From Sodalis sp. (in: enterobacteria) (GTDB taxonomy: Bacteria > Pseudomonadota > Gammaproteobacteria > Enterobacterales > Enterobacteriaceae): a DNA stretch of 64,000 bases. Of this stretch, positions 11,431 through 23,807 are shown one piece after another. Both the position numbers and the translations under genes were made by a program. The notes beneath the pieces were generated by a model that was not told where the DNA came from, did not search any database, and saw only the letters and a list, made by a program, of their open reading frames with translations. The DNA is taken from contig CP180022.1 of assembly GCA_047528285.1 (NCBI GenBank), positions 1,159,958 through 1,223,957 on the forward strand. The letters are read 5' to 3'. Within the stretch, counting starts at the first letter, position 1. Every line of letters starts with the position of its first letter.

Positions 11431-12858
11431 ATGAGTACTGAAATAAAAACTCAAGTCATGGTGCTTGGGACTGGCCCGAGCGGATATTCTGCGGCATTTC
11501 GCTGTGCAGATTTAGGTTTAAAAACCGTGCTTGTTGAACGTTATGTAGCCCTTGGCGGAGTCTGCCTAAACGTAGGTTGTATCCCTTCAAAAGCTTTATT
11601 GCACATTGCTAAAGTTCTCAAAGATGCTAAAGCCTTGAGTAAAAACGGTATCGCTTTCTGCGAGCCAAAAATTGATATTGATCAAGTTCGTACCTGGAAA
11701 GAAGATGTAGTAAACCGGTTGACTGGCGGTCTGATCGGTATGGCTAAAGCGCGTAAAATTGAAGTAGTAAAGGGTTACGGTAGATTCACCGGCACCCATA
11801 CCTTGCAAGTAGAAGAAGACAACGGCAGCACTACTATTGTCTTCGACAAAGCTATTATTGCCGCGGGTTCTCGCCCAATCAAACTACCATTTATTTCCCA
11901 TAATGATCCCCGTATATGGACCTCTACTGATGCGCTTGCCTTGTCCTCAGTGCCAAGACGTTTGCTAGTTATGGGTGGTGGAATTATTGGTTTGGAAATG
12001 GCTACTGTCTATCATGCTTTGGGATCAAAAATTGATGTTGTTGAAATGTCTGATCAAGTTATCCCGGCAGCCGATAAAGACGTAGTGAAAGTATTTACGA
12101 AGTGTATTAGTTCCAATTTTAACTTGATGTTGGAAACTAAAGTCACAGCGGTGGAAGCTAAAGAAGACGGTGTTTATGTTAACATGGAAGGGAAAAATGC
12201 ACCGCTGGAAACTCAGCACTATAACGCTGTTTTGGTTGCCATCGGCCGAGTTCCAAACGGAAAAATGCTAGATGCCAGCCAATCCGGGGTAGAGGTGGAC
12301 AAACTCGGTTTCATCCGCGTTGATAAACAAATGCGGACGAATATACCACATATTTACGCTATTGGAGATATCGTCGGACAGCCAATGTTGGCACATAAAG
12401 GGGCCCATGAAGGCCATGTGGCGGCGGAAGTTATCGCTGGAAAAAAACATTTTTTTGATCCAAAAGTTATCCCGTCTATTGCTTATACTGATCCGGAAGT
12501 AGCTTGGGTTGGACTAACAGAAAAAGAAGCGAAAGAAAATGGCATCAATTATGAAATAGCAATTTTTCCTTGGACGGCTTTAGGCCGTGCTATCGCCTCT
12601 GATTTCCAAGATGGTATGACTAAACTAATTTTTGAGAAAGAAAGTCATCGGATAATTGGTGGCGCGGTAGTCGGCGTAAATGGCGGCGAGTTGTTAGGCG
12701 AAATTAGTTTGGCAATTGAAATGGGCTGCGATGTACAAGATATCGCACTGACTATCCATGCGCATCCTACGCTGCATGAATCTGTAGGTCTAGCGGCAGA
12801 AGTTTACGAAGGAAGTATTACCGATCTGCCAAACGCAAAAGCAAAAAAGAATAAATAA
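11431..12858 (+). CDS. lpdA: dihydrolipoamide dehydrogenase (E3)
   Basis: MSTEIKTQVMVLGTGPSGYSAAFRCADLGL...GGVCLNVGCIPSKALL matches E. coli Lpd (MSTEIKTQVVVLGAGPAGYSAAFRCADLGL). The ORF track starts at ATG 11428, but the second ATG at 11431 gives better spacing to the AAGAGG RBS and matches the E. coli N-terminus. Confidence 0.95.
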   Translation: MSTEIKTQVMVLGTGPSGYSAAFRCADLGLKTVLVERYVALGGVCLNVGCIPSKALLHIAKVLKDAKALSKNGIAFCEPKIDIDQVRTWKEDVVNRLTGGLIGMAKARKIEVVKGYGRFTGTHTLQVEEDNGSTTIVFDKAIIAAGSRPIKLPFISHNDPRIWTSTDALALSSVPRRLLVMGGGIIGLEMATVYHALGSKIDVVEMSDQVIPAADKDVVKVFTKCISSNFNLMLETKVTAVEAKEDGVYVNMEGKNAPLETQHYNAVLVAIGRVPNGKMLDASQSGVEVDKLGFIRVDKQMRTNIPHIYAIGDIVGQPMLAHKGAHEGHVAAEVIAGKKHFFDPKVIPSIAYTDPEVAWVGLTEKEAKENGINYEIAIFPWTALGRAIASDFQDGMTKLIFEKESHRIIGGAVVGVNGGELLGEISLAIEMGCDVQDIALTIHAHPTLHESVGLAAEVYEGSITDLPNAKAKKNK

Positions 12859-15327
12859 CTTTTTTAGTGAGAAGAAGGTGCAATAATAGGGTGGAAGATA
12901 ATATTTCGTAGTATCAAGTTGAAGAATCTTCCGCTCAGATTAGTCCTTATATCTTGATCTTTATCAACAAAGATCTACGATAGATAGATCTATAAATATA
13001 GAAACATTAATAAAGAAGAAAATCTAACGAATGATTATTCGGATACATTCTTTTAAAATATATTAATGTTATCAGTACCATTGTATCAGTGGTATGGGGT
13101 AATCATTTATATTGTAGATGTAACAGACGTATTGCAATAGAGTATATATATTTATTTTCATTAAAAAATTAAAGTTTCTTATTTTTTTAATATGAATAAA
13201 AGAACTCAACCAGTAATGTATGTATTCATATCAAACGGTTCTGCTTGTTACTTTAGTGGATTTTTAAAATCAGAGTGATTCATGACAAAGTTCTTGAATA
13301 GAATATAACTATTCATCTTGATCAAAATCAAGATATTCAAGCCATTATCAAAATCTTTTAATTTAGACTAAAATAGAGTAAAAAGATTTTTATATAAATA
13401 TGTCATTAAATGTAGGATATTTTTGTTTTTTTATAAAATTTTAGTTTAATTCAACAAATGATAAATATAAATCATTTAATATCAATTTACCATTATATCT
13501 AATGCCTCTCAAATGATCAAGATCATCTGCCTTGTGTGGTCTTGCTTTTCAAATTCACGATTAGATCATAACCATACTGAAAAAAGTCAATGAAATGATT
13601 TCTTCTAAAGCGCTACATTCCAAAAGAATCAATATTTCTTAAAGAAGTTTATTAAAGGCGTGGATGAGGTAGTGATGCGAAGGTTTTTAATGATATCCAA
13701 TAGATAAAACACGACCTGTTAAGGGCTATGGTATTTACTGCAAAGATATATTTAAGTCTGGTAGAGGCGACTAGATACTTTTTTAGCTTGAGAAAAAATT
13801 GTTATCTCTCTTCTTTATACCGTTAAACATAAACATCTTTCTAATTAAACCAGTACTTTTGTAGAAAAATTTCTTATTAAGTTGTTAAGCATATTTATGC
13901 TGCATGAGGAAGAATAAATTCTTCTCATGTATTATCTGTGAACAAAACATAGTTAGCAAGATATTCTCAGTGCGATAGTGCTTGAATAAATCATTTTTCT
14001 TGAGCGATTTTTATATAGAGCAAATTTAAAAAATTGGATCTCTGAGTATTATTAAGGTAGACAAGAAAAGGCGACTCATCCCTTACTGCCTCGTATTTAG
14101 CCCGCGTATGCATGAACCGAAACAGCTCAAGGTTATAAAGAGATGCGACTTTGGCATAAAGATCTGCCCAACAAAATGATATAAGCAGAAAAAGTCGACA
14201 TTTAAAAACACACTGTGTCACAAAATACGTCACTTAGAAGGCTGATTTAGCTGCGGGTGTTTGATGGTAATTTCTAGCTGGCTTAGTTGGATTTCTGTAA
14301 AAATATCCGAAAGTATATATTTATTTTACCTAGATCGATATTTCTTTATTAGCAACATGTTAGAAATTGAAATAGGTTAAAAGGATAAGTGAAATACTGA
14401 TATGCAGCATTTATATCAAAACGATGATGGTTTTCTACTTAAATATCCCACTAATTTTATTAGTAAGGTGTTTTTTCTAGTAAGGAATGTGCTTTTTAGA
14501 AATAAGTTGCTCGTTTTTTCGTATATGGATGTAAGTTTCTTTTGTGATAAAGATTTCTGAATAAGATGAAGTATTGTGTGGTGATCGAATGCTTAAACTA
14601 AGAAGGAATTTAAGAAATCGGATCTCTATTGCAAGATAGATTCCGAATAAGGATTTCTTTAGAATTAAGATATAAACAAATAAGTTAAGAATAATGGAAG
14701 ACTGCTTAACAAATAGTAATATCTAGCTATGTTTTCCGATCAGAGATCGATGCTATGAATTCATTATCGTTATTAGCTTAAAGCCACATGTCAAACATGT
14801 ATTACCTTTGTTATTAACAAATATAGTATGGTGCATGGTTTTAAGAGAGATAAATCTTCAAAGAAGATCTTAATTAATTCTTAATTAGTAAATTCTATCA
14901 TTTTATCAATTTTAATATAGGTTAAAGTACTAAACACAAGTAGCAGATTCTGGCATTCATGTTATATCCCCCGGTTTTTGACAAATATATTTAACCTAAT
15001 CCATATTAGTAGATATCAGGGTTCCATTATGTCTAGTAATATCATCCATATATAATTATGGATGGGGAAAATACTAAGGAAAGAATTATGTCGTGATCAG
15101 TCTACGATAATTATCACGAGCCATTCTGGGAAGATGGTATGAATAATGTAACTCTATCCTTTTTGTTTTCTACAAGTATTACTTATAAAATATCTAATTC
15201 TTATATGGGATAAAGGATTATTTTTGCGTGTTTACTCAGGCAGAGTATTAAGCATTTTATACGGCTGATAAAATGAATAAGTCAATTAAAAACTTTGGGT
15301 GACGAAATTATTAGTTAAAAGATATAT

Positions 15328-16377
15328 ATGACTAAATCTTCATGGACTATAATTATAGTGCTAATATTATTAGTTGGATGTGACGATAGTACCTTAGCGG
15401 ACCAGGTTCTACCTTGGCGTACTGAAGGTAGAGCGATGGGTACCTATTATCGTGTATTGCTAGCTCATCCACCTACGGCGGCGTTGCCTGGTTTAATTGA
15501 GGCTATAGAGCACCAACTTCTAGAAGATAATAACCAAATCTCTACTTGGCAGAGAGATACGATTGTATCTCGTTTTAATAGTTATCATGGGACCGATCCA
15601 CAGTTTATTCCCGCGGGAATGGCTGATATTGTGTCAACCGCGCTGCGTATTGGCGCGAAAACTGATGGTGTGATGGATATTACGATAGGGCCACTGGTAA
15701 ATTTATGGGGTTTTGGCCCGGAAAAGATACCGTTAAAGGCCCCTGATGTTTGTCAAATCGAAAAAGCACGTGCGTGTATCGGATTGGAATATCTACGGCT
15801 TATCAAAACTGGCCAGAAATACTGGCTGCAAAAATCATTACCAAACCTGTCTCTCGATTTTTCTACCGTTGGGGAGGGTTATGCTACCGATCATCTTGCT
15901 ACTTTACTTGAACAACGTGGAATTACTCGTTACCTTGTGTCGGTGGGGGGTGCTATTTTTACCCGCGGATTTTTGTCAAGTCATAAACCATGGCGGGTGG
16001 CTATTCAATATCCTACCGATGAAACTGTAGCAGCGCAGGCTATTGTGGACTTACAAGGATACGGGATCAGCACCTCAGGTAGCTATCGTAACTATTATGA
16101 AATTAATGGTAAGTGTGTGAGTCACATTATTGATCCCGTAACCGGTAAACCTATAGATCATAACTTAGTGTCGGCGACAGTTATTGCTAAAACGGCATTG
16201 GAAGCAGATGGTTGGGATAGTGCTTTAATGGTTCTCGGTATGAAAAAAGCCAAGCAGTTAGCACTGCGTGAAGGTTTGTCAGTGTTTTTAATTAGTAAAA
16301 CAGATGAAGGTTTTAGCACATGGATGTCACCGAAATTTGCTCCCTTTATTATTTCAAGCCCGAGAAAAGATTCATAA
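15328..16377 (+). CDS. apbE: FAD:protein FMN transferase (lipoprotein ApbE)
   Basis: 349 aa with a lipobox (LLVGC) at residues 14-18. Conserved blocks include LRIGAKTDGVMDITIGPLVNLWGFGPE, STVGEGYATDHLA, RYLVSVGGA, PWRVAIQ.PTD, GISTSGSYRNYYE, SHIIDP.TG.PI and TALEADGWDSALMVLG, as in E. coli ApbE. Confidence 0.88.
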   Translation: MTKSSWTIIIVLILLVGCDDSTLADQVLPWRTEGRAMGTYYRVLLAHPPTAALPGLIEAIEHQLLEDNNQISTWQRDTIVSRFNSYHGTDPQFIPAGMADIVSTALRIGAKTDGVMDITIGPLVNLWGFGPEKIPLKAPDVCQIEKARACIGLEYLRLIKTGQKYWLQKSLPNLSLDFSTVGEGYATDHLATLLEQRGITRYLVSVGGAIFTRGFLSSHKPWRVAIQYPTDETVAAQAIVDLQGYGISTSGSYRNYYEINGKCVSHIIDPVTGKPIDHNLVSATVIAKTALEADGWDSALMVLGMKKAKQLALREGLSVFLISKTDEGFSTWMSPKFAPFIISSPRKDS

Positions 16378-18222
16378 CGTTGTTGCGATAGAGGTATACT
16401 TTTAAATTTATAAATCTTTGCAAGAGCACTGTGATTGGTAATCCTTAAGATGATGTAGATTTTAGGGATTATTTTCAGGAATATATAATCTGAAAATACT
16501 ATTTTTTATTTTCTTTTTCTGAATTAATAACGATGAGTTAGATTTTATTGATAATGATAAATAGTTTTTTCTACTATACAATGATCTTGTATATGCACCT
16601 ATTCTTATTTTGAAACTTTATAGGTTTAGGAGCATGATGTTTTATATTGGCATGTAAATTTACATTGTTCCGCTTAATTCGCTTGTATATTTCTTTTACT
16701 AAAGATTTTATCAAGATTCAACAGATTTTTATAAATAAAAGATGCATTAATCATGTAAAAACTATGTTTCATTGTCTTAATAGAGTTAATAATTTTTGTA
16801 GAGTTTTGATTTAATCATTTTTAAATATAAGTTTAAGAATGTTTTTATGTAATCATAAAAGTGCAAAAAGACAGTAATAGTGTTCTATTATGTCGCATAT
16901 AAGACCATTTGTTTTTTTTCTGCACAGCAGATTAGTATTTCAGGTTAATATTCAATATCCTAACATGCAGTATCTCTGTGCCGAGAGATATTTATTGCCA
17001 TATCAATGATAGTTTTCTATCTTTAATTAAGTTGTTTTGCAATAGCAAAAATGAAGCTAAAACGTTTTTAACTATTATTTACGGATGTAATGCGGAGTGT
17101 CTGAAATTTCATATTTATGACATCAACCTCCATTAGTGCGATTGCAACTATGACAGATCACATCATTATTGTGATAATGCATTTTAAAATATAAAATGTA
17201 TCTAGTCAACAAATCAAGACATGATCGATCGTTTCATGTTTTGCGTTATTTGATTCCTTTTCTGTGCTAGATAAAGCGGATGCCAAACTCATCTTTGTTG
17301 GTATTTGTTTTAATAAGTTTTCATTTGATTTCAGTAAAGATTTAAAAAATCTTTCTTATCAATGATTTTTATGTATAAATTTTCTTTAGTCTTTGTGTTT
17401 GTATTCTGAGGTAAACTCTCTCTTTATTCAACCGGCTTAGTAGCCAAGAGTTTATAACAACTTTAGAATACTTCTATTAATTTAAAAATTAAGTTTAATA
17501 AACTTGGTAAACCTTCTAAAAAAAATATAAAGAGATCTTGTTTTATAATTTGGACTATTATAATGGCCTGATTTGTGTTGTGAAATTTTTAGTCACGACG
17601 TTCAAAAGAAGTTGTTTGTCCCATATCGTATGAGAACACCTGTATTTTAGTGTTTTATTTATTACATTAAATAATTTTAAATTTTTCATTTATCATAAAA
17701 AGCAGATGTTACGAATGACATTAGTTGTTTGATCTAACGATCACTTTAAAGTTTAAGTTATTTAATAAAGGTAAGTAAAAGTCTTAGCCGATGTATAAAG
17801 ATTTACCTTCAAGTATCATCCAAGTCCTGTGGTGTTACTTTAATAATAAAAGGATAATCGGATATATAAGCTAAATCAGATATGCTTAAGCTAGTACTTG
17901 AGATGTTTTTTTATAATTAGTTTTAGATTCATCACGACAAAATTGATTCTCTGAAAACACATATGGTTTAATATAATTAAAAGTTTTATTGATAACTAAA
18001 TATAATATATGACAATGAAATAAAGCAAAAATTTATCTTTTTATATTCTTCTTGAAATTAAATAAATAATTTAAATATATTGAGATTTTTTTATAAATAT
18101 TGTTACAGAGGAATGGTGTCTGAGATTTTCTCTATCATTAATGTATAAATACTTTGAATCGCCTATAAATGGTTTCCAGATATGAAATAGTAGGGACCAT
18201 CAATATTAATTGCGGACAAAAA

Positions 18223-18597
18223 TTACAAAAATTTATCAAAAATCCTAAGATACCTATCAGTCGAAGGGGGAAAACTAAATAAATACACATTTTTCAACTG
18301 TCTAGATGAGTAAATACAACACTCAAGAAAAAATAGAATGGTAGGCGATAGCTCATACGCTAGAACGCCAAAGAAAAAAAGAAAATATCGGCTAACCACG
18401 TTCATATCTAGCTGCAAAAATTATGAATGTATCTATGTTGTGATATCGGGTTGTGTTCAGCGTAGACCAGTAGGTCTGAAGCCATAAAACCAGGGATACT
18501 ATCAAATAAAACACAAGAATATCTACTTGATAAGTAGAGCTTTCAGCAACCTGCTCATTTTACTAAGTTTTTTAAAAGGCTTTTCAGGTTCAGGTAA
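18223..18597 (-). pseudogene. ftsK: DNA translocase FtsK, N-terminal membrane-domain remnant
   Basis: The minus strand reads ...KKLSKMSRLLKALLIK*IFLCFI**...FRPTGLR*TQPDITT*IHS*FLQLDMNVVSRYFLFFFGVLAYELSPTILFF. E. coli FtsK has ...TKLSSGRRLLEALLILIVLF...[48 protein letters not shown]. There are several in-frame stops. It lies immediately downstream of the lrp remnant, as in E. coli. The 64-aa ORF 18223..18417 is a fragment of it. Confidence 0.78.
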
Positions 18598-18633
18598 ACA
18601 GTTACAATTACATTGTAAATAGGTAAAGTCCGG

Positions 18634-19188
18634 TTATATGGAGATGTGTTTATCAGGGTATAAGCAAAAACTGTATTTGTATTTTTCTGTTTTTTTTAAT
18701 GATATTTTATCACAAGATGATTGCTTTATTTTGTCTATGACGATATATATCCGAATGTTTTTCACGTCGGGTAGACGTAAAAGTGTTTTTCTAAGCAGAT
18801 CACGATAGCTAGATATATCCAGCACACCTATTTTCAACAAGTAATCGAAATTCTTGGAAATCAGATGGCATTCCTGAATTTCTTCTAATTTTTGTATTTT
18901 AACATTGAATTGTTCAAATACGTCTGGTATGCCTCAGTTAAGGGTGATTTAAAAAAATCACCAATAATGATGCATTCAAATAATGCAGGGGGTTCAACAG
19001 TGCTATATAACTCTGAATAAAACCTTATCATTCAAGTCGGCGTATACGTCACAGACAGAGGTGTTGGCGATAACCCTACTCGTTTTGATAATTCGACATT
19101 GAAAATCATTCCATCTTTTTGATGGACGTTTAGGATATTAGGATCAATACGATCGAGATTTTTCAGGATGCTTTCTATTGTCGATCAT
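18634..19188 (-). pseudogene. lrp: leucine-responsive regulatory protein Lrp, inactivated
   Basis: The minus strand from ATG 19188 reads MIDNRKHPEKSRSY*, then frameshifts and stops, then ITLN*GIPDVFEQFNVKIQKLEEIQECHLISKNFDYLLKIGVLDISSYRDLLRKTLLRLPDVKNIRIYIVIDKIKQSS. E. coli Lrp reads MVDSKKRPGKDLDRID...EITLNRGAPDVFEQFNTAVQKLEEIQECHLVSGDFDYLLKTRVPDMSAYRKLLGETLLRLPGVNDTRTYVVMEEVKQSN. It is divergent from trxB, as in E. coli. Confidence 0.9.
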
Positions 19189-19612
19189 TATTAATGTCTT
19201 TTTTAATTCTTCCTCTATACTTACTATACCATTAGTACTTCATTGTGTCAAGAATTGCATAGGAACATGTTAGCATTTTTTTAAGTCAAGTTTTATATAA
19301 CCATTTAGAATTTTTGTTTGTTAATATACTAAGGGCATGAGGAAGCATGGGGTGACTAGCTTCTTAAGAGGCACATATTTCACGTGGGAAGAGCAATTCA
19401 ATACAGAATGGTAGAAAAGCCCTATTTATTCTTTTGCCTAGATATTATCGAAAAATTGCAGGAGATTAATAAAATAAAATATTAAAATAAGAGCCAACAT
19501 AACACTTATTAGAAGAAATCTTTATCTTTTATCAAGTTAAGTAGATTGTATCTCCATATTAACTGGCTATGGTGGCGGCAATAAAACCTACAATTAATTA
19601 AAAAATGATTAA

Positions 19613-20650
<1,038 letters not shown>

Positions 20651-20671
20651 CTGATTTAATCTGATTTTGCG

Positions 20672-20689
20672 TTGCCTTTGCACAGGCAA
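20672..20689 (+). terminator. hairpin downstream of trxB (TTGCCT-ttgcac-AGGCAA), weak T-tract
   Basis: A 6-bp stem 22 nt after the trxB stop. It is followed only by TAATTATTT, so its function as an intrinsic terminator is uncertain. Confidence 0.35.
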
Positions 20690-22670
20690 TAATTATTTAG
20701 GAATTAAAATTATATATTTGTTATAGAGCAGTCTAACCTGTTTTATTTATTCCTGTCATAATCCTGTATTACTTTGCCTCTGTAAGTTTATAGTACGGAG
20801 GAAAGACACAGAGAAAAATCCGATAGCGTCTTCGGCTATGCTAGAGAAAAAATACTTTATTATGATTAATTTTCTGTATAAAAGCAGGAAGTGAATTATT
20901 TTTTAATAAAAATTTAATATTGCATGCGAATCTAAAATAGATTTTTTATATTCATGGCAGGTTTTACCCTGTTTCATGATTGGTTAATTCTAGCAAATTT
21001 TAGCAGTTAGCATACATTTCCCATGCAAAAATTACTACTATATTAGTAGTAATAAAACTGTTGAATATTTTTATTTTCGATCTGAAAACATGAGTAAATC
21101 TTATGTTCTTCTGTGATATTTTTTGCTCTAGATTAACGTCCTTTTTCTTTTTGGTTAGATGAAAATGTGCCGAATAATCCCCATAAGCTGAATGGATTAT
21201 TACATGCATCACGATGTTAGTTTGAAAATACTAAAAATTCCCGATACTTTGTATAAGAATCAGAATATTTCTACTACGAATGTTTCCATTCCTCTTCGCT
21301 AGAAACTTTAAAATCCGGGGAAGGCATTATCATCATGACCGCTTGGGTTAATCATCACCGGATGTTAGTGTTATTATGCTGATATAAAATGTTCTTACTA
21401 TGCCTTCTAATTCGCAATTAGTTTTAACAAGGTGCTACATTTCTGTCAGTTTTAAAATAATTTAGAAAAGCGCTGTAATCATCTAAAAGATGAAGCATTA
21501 TTCCTGTTTAATTGTCAAGTCTGTCTTAAGAAGTATATCTTGTATAGTAAAAGGTTTTGTCCCATGCGGTGTTCATGACAAATTTTATTTGTCCATGCTC
21601 AGACCGTGGCTAAAATCTAAATTTTTCTATGTTATCAGAGATAACTCGTTTCCTTGAAGGGGTTTTTATCAGTGGGTAATCTAAAGATTTTATTTTGCGC
21701 TGGAGGTTGATATTTAAACGACAGTTCTATTCTAATTTAATAATTATCTAAAAATTCGATTTGTTCAATAAAGCTAAAAATATTTTTAACTACTTATTTA
21801 TTCATTGTGTAAAAGGTTATTCTAAATCGAGTTATAAAAAATCTTTTCTATAGAGTACTTTTAAAAAGTATACTAATAGATTATCAACTAATTTTGCGCG
21901 ATGATCTTAACTTGAATATTTTGCTAATTTATTTGTAATTATTATTCCGAAGTAACTCTTTAATAGAGTAAAAATCTAATAGTGTAGCAGATAAATCTTT
22001 GTCTTATTTGTAGAACAAAGACAAATCTTGCCTGATTTTTATGTTAAAATTAGATAAGTAAAAATGAGTCTTAGATTCTTTTTAAGAGTGAAACAGCACA
22101 GTAATCTATAGCACTTGTTAATATTCTAAGCAACTTGAAAATGATATTTTATATGATTGAAATTTGCGCTGCTTATAAGCTTTTTGTTGTCTTTGATAAG
22201 ACAAATGTAAATAGAAATACACTTTATGTATAGAGTAGCACAACCTGATTTTAAGTACTCATATTTAACTGTTTATTTATAAAAACTCATTGATTTTTTA
22301 AATTAGAATGATAGTGATAAATTATTTGATTTTACTCTGATTAATTATAGATTTATTGATTTGCTTTCTGTTTTTTAGACTTAAAAACTATTTATTTAGG
22401 AATAGGGATATGAGACAAAATGGCATCTTTTGTAGCATAAAAGTGGTGAGCTTCTTTCACTGAAAGGCAGCATTTTTTATTATGAGGTATCCTAATTTTT
22501 TTCAAGAGAAGTCTTCTTTTGCACAGCATTATGTAAAATCTCGTCGATTATTAGAGCTACACAGCTGCGATGGTGGAAAATCGTATATGCTTACCGACAG
22601 CTATCTTTTTGATAAATTGATTTTGAATAGATAGACTTCGTTTAGTGTTATTAAATTGTTCGAAAAATGA

Positions 22671-23807
<1,137 letters not shown>

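Noticed and set aside
13991-14233. Orphan ORFs in the gaps: 13991..14233, 25525..25731, 5105..5302, 2623..2829, 21000..21212, 23844..24029 and 51307..51534.
   Set aside because: None has recognisable similarity or a convincing RBS. Their composition is that of the surrounding decayed DNA, and several start at non-ATG codons. They are most likely chance ORFs or unidentifiable pseudogene fragments.
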